A DNA stretch of 59,534 bases from a virus (lineage: Duplodnaviria > Caudoviricetes), in IMG/VR virus record IMGVR_UViG_3300020393_000002, positions 1 to 59,534 of that record; one strand, written 5' to 3'. Shown one piece after another: positions 48,737 through 55,496 of this stretch (positions are counted from its first letter, which is position 1; each line of letters starts with the position of its first letter). Below the pieces are notes generated by a model, which saw nothing but the letters and a program-made list of their open reading frames with translations, did no database searches and had not been told where the DNA came from. A program made the position numbers and the translations under genes.

Positions 48737-49789
48737 CTATAATACAAGTTCTCTTAGTTTTTGATTAGTAGACATCTCTAGTCTTAGTTCCTTGTTCTGC
48801 AACAATTCCCTATCCTTAGCTACACTATCCTTAATGAAGTAAGCTAAAAACTCTCCATCAAGTCTATTTAAAAACTTTAGCATTGCACCAATGTTTTTGT
48901 CTGTAACCTTGCTGACCAAAGATGAAACAGTTGCAAACTGAATTGCTACCTCTGTAGGTAATTGTATACCCTCAGGGTTCTTTATAAGCTCGTCAATGTC
49001 AGGGCATTTCTCATGCAACCTGATATGAGTAAATAAAGATGCAGATGCAGTTTCGCCAATCTGACAACATACGGCAGTATAAAGATCATCTTCGTCTAAA
49101 TCCCATTGGAGAATGTCGCTAGTTCTCTCAAGTGATCTAGGTGTAGGAAATGCATCAGCATCACGATCAAACTTATGTAGAAACTCAGGCTGAAATCTAA
49201 CCCATGAAACAACCCTATGATCTTTCTTGTTAGCTGACATATAGTTTGTCCAATCATCTAGGTTAGGCTCTATAGCAAAAGAAGTTAATCTATCTTTAAG
49301 ATGCATAGGCATTTGATTAACCCCTGATCTATCCGACATTCTATTTCCAGCACATACAACGATATCCCCTATCGGAATATGATAATCTCCAATACGATAT
49401 TCATCAGCTATAGTTGCGAAAATATTCATGTTTAGAATAGGTGCTTGGGGTAGCTCGTCAAAGAAATACATGACACCATTATAACCCTCGTCTATCTTAG
49501 CTTGTCTTTCAGCATCACTAAGCAACCATTTAGGTCTAAGTGTCTTCATCTTATCCCCATCAGGCATCTGCAAACCACCAACGTCTGACGGCTCGTAAGA
49601 TGCTAGGTTAGTAGTTACAAGCCATAGCTTACATATATTAGCTATTCTTTTAAATGTGTAGGTTTTACCAATCCCCATTGTTCCTATGCCATAAGGACAA
49701 AAAGGTAATTTACCATCAGGTCTATTGATTGTATTTCTAATAGCCTCGATTATTATTCTTTCAGCTTGTTTAATTCTCATATTAAGCAC
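48737..49789 (-). CDS. MoxR-like AAA+ ATPase
   Basis: Walker A GTMGIGKT, Walker B FFDE, AGNR, PTPRS. Confidence 0.85.
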   Translation of the reverse strand: MLNMRIKQAERIIIEAIRNTINRPDGKLPFCPYGIGTMGIGKTYTFKRIANICKLWLVTTNLASYEPSDVGGLQMPDGDKMKTLRPKWLLSDAERQAKIDEGYNGVMYFFDELPQAPILNMNIFATIADEYRIGDYHIPIGDIVVCAGNRMSDRSGVNQMPMHLKDRLTSFAIEPNLDDWTNYMSANKKDHRVVSWVRFQPEFLHKFDRDADAFPTPRSLERTSDILQWDLDEDDLYTAVCCQIGETASASLFTHIRLHEKCPDIDELIKNPEGIQLPTEVAIQFATVSSLVSKVTDKNIGAMLKFLNRLDGEFLAYFIKDSVAKDRELLQNKELRLEMSTNQKLRELVL

Positions 49790-50051
49790 TCCTATTTTTT
49801 AAAGTTACACCATTGATTTGGTTTGTTTTGTAGAAAGTCTTACCACTTGTTAAAGTGATAGCTCCCTGATCTAATCTAAATCTACGATACTCATTCTTAC
49901 GAAAATCGTAGACAGTTACGAGGTTAGGAACGTCTCTATCCTCATACTTTAGAACACCCCAAAACTGACGTTCTGAGCCGTCTAATTTTTTAAAAACACC
50001 TTTGCAGATCTTGCCTTTAAAGTGCTTTGTAATTTCTAAATTTTTATTCAT
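49782..50051 (-). CDS. SH3/WYL-like (DUF2693-like) protein
   Basis: FKKLDGSER...G and VYD....YRRF motifs. Confidence 0.65.
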   Translation of the reverse strand: MNKNLEITKHFKGKICKGVFKKLDGSERQFWGVLKYEDRDVPNLVTVYDFRKNEYRRFRLDQGAITLTSGKTFYKTNQINGVTLKNRSA

Positions 50052-50220
50052 CTAGTAACTCCTCTATATCTATTTGCTGACTATGCAGTTCAGCTTGGTT
50101 AAATTGTTTAGCTATCTTTTGTTTCTCGATCTCAATATTCATAGCTATCTCATGTAGTCCATCAGCTATAAGATCAGCTATAATGCTATCTAGCTTTTGG
50201 ATAATTTCTAATTCGTTCAT
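50044..50220 (-). CDS. small acidic protein
   Basis: Start moved to ATG 50220 with AGGAG RBS. Confidence 0.6.
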   Translation of the reverse strand: MNELEIIQKLDSIIADLIADGLHEIAMNIEIEKQKIAKQFNQAELHSQQIDIEELLDE

Positions 50221-50300
50221 AGTAACTCCTATAGTTGTTATTGTTATTGCTCGATTGAACAAGCAGAGACACGAAATTAATCGTGCCTCAATTTGTGCAA

Positions 50301-51002
50301 TCAAGATGCTAAGGCACTCTCCATGCGAGAGATAACGTCATTATCCTCAGAGGTTTTCTTTTGGGCATCTGCTGAGGCTTTGTCGTGAGCCTCTCTTTCT
50401 CTTTTCTTATCTTGCAATACTTCCCAAATTTTTTGAACCTGATCTGCATCTAGGTCAGTTGGAATATAAACCTCTTCCTCTTTAACTGTGCCATCTTCTA
50501 GCTTAGTCTTTTGGTTCTTGACTTTGCCGAATAACTGCCTCGCAATCTTTTCAGCTAGATCTACATCTTTCTCTTTAGATACTGCCTTTTTGATATCGTT
50601 TTGGCTTTTGATATTCATACTAGCAAAGACTTCAAGTACTGCCTCAGGTGTTGCCTGAGTTGGTATATCGTCATTAAACTTTGCGATAAATTGTACAGAC
50701 TTTTCATAAAGAACTTTACTATTCGCAATAGACATTCCTACGGAATTTTGAAGATCAGTTCTGATATCTATTCCAACTTGTCTAGGTAAGTTGTCGCTAT
50801 CAGTTTTGTCAGCATCATAAATAGGCTTGGCATGGCTAATAGTTGTAGCGAATTGATCTAACTTCTTTTCTTGCATTGAAGTATAATCATCAGCTCTATT
50901 AGTTTTTAAAGATTGGAACTCGCTTTCACTAGCTACCAATCTTTTAATATTTTCTTCAGAGAAAAATACGTTCTTAGATTTTAATTTAGTCATAGTCTGC
51001 AC
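50301..51002 (-). CDS. hypothetical early protein
   Basis: 233-aa helical ORF; AGGAG RBS. Confidence 0.7.
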   Translation of the reverse strand: MQTMTKLKSKNVFFSEENIKRLVASESEFQSLKTNRADDYTSMQEKKLDQFATTISHAKPIYDADKTDSDNLPRQVGIDIRTDLQNSVGMSIANSKVLYEKSVQFIAKFNDDIPTQATPEAVLEVFASMNIKSQNDIKKAVSKEKDVDLAEKIARQLFGKVKNQKTKLEDGTVKEEEVYIPTDLDADQVQKIWEVLQDKKREREAHDKASADAQKKTSEDNDVISRMESALAS

Positions 51003-51004
51003 TC

Positions 51005-51190
51005 CTATATTGTTATTGGGTTTTGTTTAACTTTTATTTCTATTCCCATGCTCTTAATTATCTTTAGCTTATCAAGAGTAAAGGTCTTAGTTCCTAGCAA
51101 TTCAGAGAATTTACTAGCTAATTCGCAAGAGGGATAATATCTCTCCTGACCATAAACCGATTTGGTGGTTATCCACATTTCATTTTTCAT
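51005..51190 (-). CDS. small early protein
   Basis: VYG.ER.YP.C...LLGTKT motif; AAGGAG RBS. Confidence 0.7.
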   Translation of the reverse strand: MKNEMWITTKSVYGQERYYPSCELASKFSELLGTKTFTLDKLKIIKSMGIEIKVKQNPITI

Positions 51191-51201
51191 TAAGCAACTC
51201 C

Positions 51202-51495
51202 TTATGCAATTATTGTTCTGCCGTCATCTTCAACTTGAATTTCTTCAAGCTCGATTGATAAAATTTCATCATCATCAGCTAGGTAATCCTCAGGACAATC
51301 TACCCTATGCTTAGTGTGAAACTTATCCGAAACTTTAAGATAAAGTCTTTCTACTCTTTTAAGACGTTCAAAGAACTCGTCAATTTCCTTAGCCATATCA
51401 GGGAACTCTTCGCCCAAGCCATCTATTTGGTCAGCCGTTGAGTGCATACTCTGCATTAAATCCCATATCTTTTTGTGTAATTTTTCATAGTCCAT
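51202..51495 (-). CDS. small acidic early protein
   Basis: D/E-rich; AGGAG RBS. Confidence 0.7.
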   Translation of the reverse strand: MDYEKLHKKIWDLMQSMHSTADQIDGLGEEFPDMAKEIDEFFERLKRVERLYLKVSDKFHTKHRVDCPEDYLADDDEILSIELEEIQVEDDGRTIIA

Positions 51496-51522
51496 AATAG
51501 CAACTCCTATTTGTTAAATTAT

Positions 51523-51585
51523 CCTAGGACAAAGAGCAGTAATAACTGCTCAATGTTTCGACCTCTCTAGGTCTCGTCAGCTAGG
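51523..51585 (-). ncRNA. type I hammerhead ribozyme
   Basis: CCUAG CUGACGA GACC-UAGAGA-GGUC GAAA CA...UG UC^CUAGG; full core and three stems. Confidence 0.9.
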
Positions 51586-51850
51586 CTACATCATGCAATG
51601 ATCTTAGCTTTAATTTTAACTCTCTATTGATTTCAAAATGTTTAGCTAAATCTTGAAATCTTTTTGTTGGCTTTCCAAAGCAATCAGGATTGTCATACTT
51701 TCTAACTTTGGTCATGCCATGAACTCCATCTCTTTGATAGAAGATGGACATTACTTTGAGGTTATTATTTTTAATTACTGCAAAGTAATTTACACCATTG
51801 ATTGTCTTTTTAACTACGTTAGTAAATTTAGATTTCATTTCCCAATTCAT
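51581..51850 (-). CDS. small early protein
   Basis: AGGAG RBS; stop codon lies in hammerhead stem I. Confidence 0.7.
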   Translation of the reverse strand: MNWEMKSKFTNVVKKTINGVNYFAVIKNNNLKVMSIFYQRDGVHGMTKVRKYDNPDCFGKPTKRFQDLAKHFEINRELKLKLRSLHDVA

Positions 51851-51861
51851 AATAATTACTC

Positions 51862-52164
51862 CTATTCGCTATCTGTTAATTTAATTAAATGATCTACATC
51901 ATAGTTTGAACCATTTATCCAAATATCATGTAACTCCTGACCGATCATAGAGACTATAACTTTAGTTATTGGATTACATATTTGAGAAACTAAATTGTGA
52001 TCTAATTCATTTACTAAATCCATTGTCTCATAGTTACCAACAAACTTACCACCAAACTCCTTGTCTGTCGGACTATCTACATCAGCAATGTTTCCAAAGT
52101 TATAAGCATCAGATAAAAGTCTAAGTAATTTGATTTCGTCTTTATTTAGTTTTTTGAAATTCAT
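51862..52164 (-). CDS. first early protein
   Basis: GGAG RBS just downstream of the type III hammerhead. Confidence 0.7.
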   Translation of the reverse strand: MNFKKLNKDEIKLLRLLSDAYNFGNIADVDSPTDKEFGGKFVGNYETMDLVNELDHNLVSQICNPITKVIVSMIGQELHDIWINGSNYDVDHLIKLTDSE

Positions 52165-52187
52165 AATAGTAACTCCATAAGTTAATT

Positions 52188-52240
52188 AACTGTTTCATAC
52201 TTTTGTAATCATCAGGCACAACACACATTGCACTACAGCC
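52188..52240 (-). ncRNA. type III hammerhead ribozyme
   Basis: GGCUGUA^GUGCAA-UGUGUG-UUGUGC CUGAUGA U-UAC-AAAA-GUA-U GAAA CAGUU. Confidence 0.85.
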
Positions 52241-52452
52241 TAGGACAAGAGGGCAACCGAATTGCCCTCACTATCGTTATTTGAAAAGCCGTACAGATTT
52301 CTAATATGTCTCAAAAATCTCTGACTATCCGTAAATTCTCTAAATAGCCATGTCCTCAAACCTTGGCTTTTCTTTTACCATGGGGAGAGCCTACTTCCTC
52401 CAAGACCTCGCCCTTTCACGAGAATGGGATTTATTGGCAAACTGAGCCTGAA
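52234..52452 (-). ncRNA. putative structured leader RNA
   Basis: Gap with no ORF in the track and several nested helices, between promoter and ribozyme. Confidence 0.5.
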
Positions 52453-52457
52453 GTAAT

Positions 52458-52486
52458 TTTATAATCTTTTTGGAATAATAAGTCAA
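52458..52486 (-). promoter_or_regulatory. sigma70-like early promoter
   Basis: TTGACT-N17-TATAAA with AT-rich upstream sequence. Confidence 0.75.
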
Positions 52487-52717
52487 ACTTATAATGTACT
52501 ATTTTATACTTTATTTTACAGTAATATACATAAATGTACTGAAACCCAAGGTGGACAACAAAAATGACGAAACAACTTTTTTTGATATATCATACCTTGG
52601 AAGTGCTTTCGTTGCTGTGTGCGTCTTAAATCGCTGACAATCGATATTTCACGAAATGAGAATATAAATAGATGGTTGCAAAGCTACACTTTTATTAATT
52701 CGTGTGCTACTTTGTAA

Positions 52718-52733
52718 AAGTTACTATTAACTT
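52718..52733. promoter_or_regulatory. operator copy upstream of terS
   Basis: AAGTTACTATTAACTT, just after an extended -10-like TGcTACTTT. Confidence 0.6.
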
Positions 52734-52747
52734 TTGTGAGATAAAAA

Positions 52748-53272
52748 ATGTCAGATAAAAAAGATAAACCGAAATTAAAATTAGTCAGCAGTAATAAAGT
52801 CAAGAAAAGTTCCAAGCCTGAGCTGACGGCAAAGCAGTTGGGTTTTTGTAAAGACATAGTTGGAATGGGAAAAGATAAAGATGGCAATCCTAAAAAACCA
52901 ATGAGCTTAGTTGATGCATATGTAGCAAATTATAATGTTAGTCCTAAAACCAAGAACAACACTATAAGAGATATGGCAAGTAAGCTAAAAGCAAACCCAT
53001 TGATTACCCATACAATTTCTAGAATGTATGATGAATTAAAGCAGATTAATAAAGTGTCGGCGATAAAAAAAGAGGAAGTAATAATTAGAAAGCTAGAAGA
53101 GTTTATGAATAATGAAGAGTTCTCAGATACAGCAAGGGTTAGATCTGCAGAATTGATCGGCAAAAGTCTCAGTATGTTTACTAATGTTACTGAAATAAAA
53201 GAAAGTGATAAAAGTTCTGTGGAAGTTGAACAGCAACTTAGGGAAAAGCTATCTAAACTTTTAAAAGAGTAG
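52748..53272 (+). CDS. terS: terminase small subunit
   Basis: LTAKQLGF, AY..NY, ASKL..NP.I, RSAELIGK...MF; upstream of terL. Confidence 0.75.
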   Translation: MSDKKDKPKLKLVSSNKVKKSSKPELTAKQLGFCKDIVGMGKDKDGNPKKPMSLVDAYVANYNVSPKTKNNTIRDMASKLKANPLITHTISRMYDELKQINKVSAIKKEEVIIRKLEEFMNNEEFSDTARVRSAELIGKSLSMFTNVTEIKESDKSSVEVEQQLREKLSKLLKE

Positions 53273-53393
53273 TCGCTATTCACGAAATTTCAGTTAGTTT
53301 TGACCCTACCCACTCCCTACCACCCATGTCTGTAGGTGGCTAGCCGTGCCGTATACAGTTTATTTCACACATATATTCTACAATTTTTGGTAA

Positions 53394-53409
53394 AAGTGAA
53401 GGTTAACTT
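53394..53409. promoter_or_regulatory. operator copy (1 mismatch)
   Basis: AAGTGAAGGTTAACTT next to the ACTAGT array. Confidence 0.5.
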
Positions 53410-53416
53410 CTAACAT

Positions 53417-53549
53417 ACTAGTTTTTACTAGTACTAGTACTAGTATACCTTCCTTATACTAGTATTATATTATTATATAGTTAAGACTAGTACTAGTATT
53501 AAACTATATACTAGTATATACTAGTAACTAGTAATACTAGTATACTAGT
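53417..53549. repeat. ACTAGT array (12 copies), candidate packaging/terminus site
   Basis: 12 exact copies in 133 bp between terS and terL. Confidence 0.85.
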
Positions 53550-53552
53550 GGA

Positions 53553-53768
53553 GTGGAAAATTTGTCAAACATTATTTACTTAGATGACTACAGAAAATTT
53601 ATTCCTGAGGATGAGCCTGAGTTACAGGACCCTATCGTGATAGGCTGGGATGAAGACGATAGTCTTTTCATTGCTTCGTCTGTTGACACAGACAAGTGTT
53701 TGTGGATGATAGACTTAGCTAAAAAGATTATTGAGAGCAGTCCACCAAATATAAAAAACAATGAATGA
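53553..53768 (+). CDS. small acidic protein
   Basis: VIGWD.D..LF..SS...LW..D motif; overlaps the terL start. Confidence 0.55.
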   Translation: MENLSNIIYLDDYRKFIPEDEPELQDPIVIGWDEDDSLFIASSVDTDKCLWMIDLAKKIIESSPPNIKNNE

Positions 53769-55281
53769 TATTGCCAAGATAATTCAAAAGAACATGAGCC
53801 AGATAAGTTCACTGCCTCCTGATGAGAAGATGGAGGTATTGAAACTTCTTGAAGAATACGAGCAAGCAAAACAAAGAGAAGAAGCCAGAGATAGTTTTCT
53901 GCCATTCGTTAAATCACAATGGGCAGCTTTTATCCATGGAAGACATCATGAAATCATGGCAGATGCTTTCGAGAGGGTGGCCCGGGGTGATTTGAAAAGA
54001 TTGATTATTAACATGCCACCCCGTCATACCAAGTCAGAGTTTGCAAGTTATTTATTTCCTGCATGGTTTTTAGGGAGGTACCCCAATAAAAAAATTATCC
54101 AGACTGCACACACAGCCGAGTTATCTGTGGGATTTGGAAGAAAGGTTAGGAATCTTATACAGTCTGAAGATTTTCAAAAAATTTTCGCAGGCGTTACATT
54201 GTCATCTGACTCAAAGGCTGCAGGTAGATGGAACACTAACAAGGGTGGAGAGTATTTTGCTATAGGTGTAGGCGGTGCAGTAACAGGAAAAGGCGCTGAT
54301 GTTCTTGTTATTGATGATCCTCACTCAGAACAAGATGCAACAATAGGTGACTATAACCCTGAGGTTTATGACAAAGTGTACGAATGGTATACATCAGGAC
54401 CAAGACAGAGACTCCAGCCGGGTGGATCTATTATTTTGGTTATGACAAGATGGTCAAAAAGAGATCTAACAGGACAAATATTAAAAAATTACACACAAAG
54501 AGAGGGTTCAGGTGAGTGGGAAGTCATAGAACTACCTGCAATAATGCCCTCAGGTGATGCTTTGTGGCCAGAATTTTGGAAAAAAGAAGAATTAGACAGT
54601 TTAAAATCAGAATTACCTGTATCAAAGTGGAACGCACAGTACCAACAAGACCCCACATCGGAAGAAGGAGCGTTAATTAAGCGTGAATGGTGGAAAGAAT
54701 GGACAAAAAAAGACCTTCCGCCTTGCGATTCGATCATACAGTCATGGGATACAGCGTTTTTAAAGACACAGAGGGCGGATTATAGCGCCTGCACTACATG
54801 GGGCGTGTTCCATGGGCCGGATGACGAGGGTAAAACACGACCAAATCTAATTTTAATTGATGCATTTAAAGAAAAACTTGAGTTTCCTGATTTAAAACGA
54901 GCAGCATACGATAAATATTGGGAATTTGAGCCAGATCAAATGATTATTGAGGCAAAAGCAGCAGGATCGCCCTTGATTTTTGAGCTTAGAGCTATGGGAA
55001 TACCAGTTACGGAGTTTACACCGAGCCGTGGACAGGATAAGATAGCAAGAGTTAACAGTGTGACAGATCTATTTGCAAGTGGGGTTGTTTGGCACCCACC
55101 AACTAGATGGGCAGAAGAAGTTATTGAAGAATGTGCGTCTTTTCCATCAGGGGATCATGACGATTTAGTAGACTCAACAACACAGGCGCTGTTAAGATTT
55201 AGACAGGGTGGTTGGATTAGAACAACTATGGATGATTGGGATGATGAACCTAAATACAGAAGACCTGTGGAGTATTATTGA
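53761..55281 (+). CDS. terL: terminase large subunit
   Basis: MPPRHTKS, VIDDPH, MTRW, YQQ.P, QSWDTA, IEAKAAG, HDDLVD. Confidence 0.95.
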   Translation: MNDIAKIIQKNMSQISSLPPDEKMEVLKLLEEYEQAKQREEARDSFLPFVKSQWAAFIHGRHHEIMADAFERVARGDLKRLIINMPPRHTKSEFASYLFPAWFLGRYPNKKIIQTAHTAELSVGFGRKVRNLIQSEDFQKIFAGVTLSSDSKAAGRWNTNKGGEYFAIGVGGAVTGKGADVLVIDDPHSEQDATIGDYNPEVYDKVYEWYTSGPRQRLQPGGSIILVMTRWSKRDLTGQILKNYTQREGSGEWEVIELPAIMPSGDALWPEFWKKEELDSLKSELPVSKWNAQYQQDPTSEEGALIKREWWKEWTKKDLPPCDSIIQSWDTAFLKTQRADYSACTTWGVFHGPDDEGKTRPNLILIDAFKEKLEFPDLKRAAYDKYWEFEPDQMIIEAKAAGSPLIFELRAMGIPVTEFTPSRGQDKIARVNSVTDLFASGVVWHPPTRWAEEVIEECASFPSGDHDDLVDSTTQALLRFRQGGWIRTTMDDWDDEPKYRRPVEYY

Positions 55282-55487
55282 TGGATATGGTACATATAAT
55301 TGATGGGTTGATGGGTATAATCGTTCTAGGTGGAGGATGGTTCTTGGGAACGCAATCAAGAGAAATTAAAAGAATAGATATTTTATTAAATAAAACCAGA
55401 GAAGATTACGCAAAGCGTGATGATGTCACTGTTGCGATAAATAGACTTGAAGAAAAGATTGATAGAATTTTAGAGAGAATGAAATAG
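55278..55487 (+). CDS. small membrane-anchored coiled-coil protein
   Basis: N-terminal TM, LNKTRE.Y, RLEEKID. Confidence 0.65.
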   Translation: MMDMVHIIDGLMGIIVLGGGWFLGTQSREIKRIDILLNKTREDYAKRDDVTVAINRLEEKIDRILERMK

Positions 55488-55496
55488 GAGCATATC

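Noticed and set aside
53417-53549. CRISPR array
   Set aside because: 6-bp units with irregular short gaps, no spacers and no cas operon; the Cas4-like gene sits in a recombination cluster
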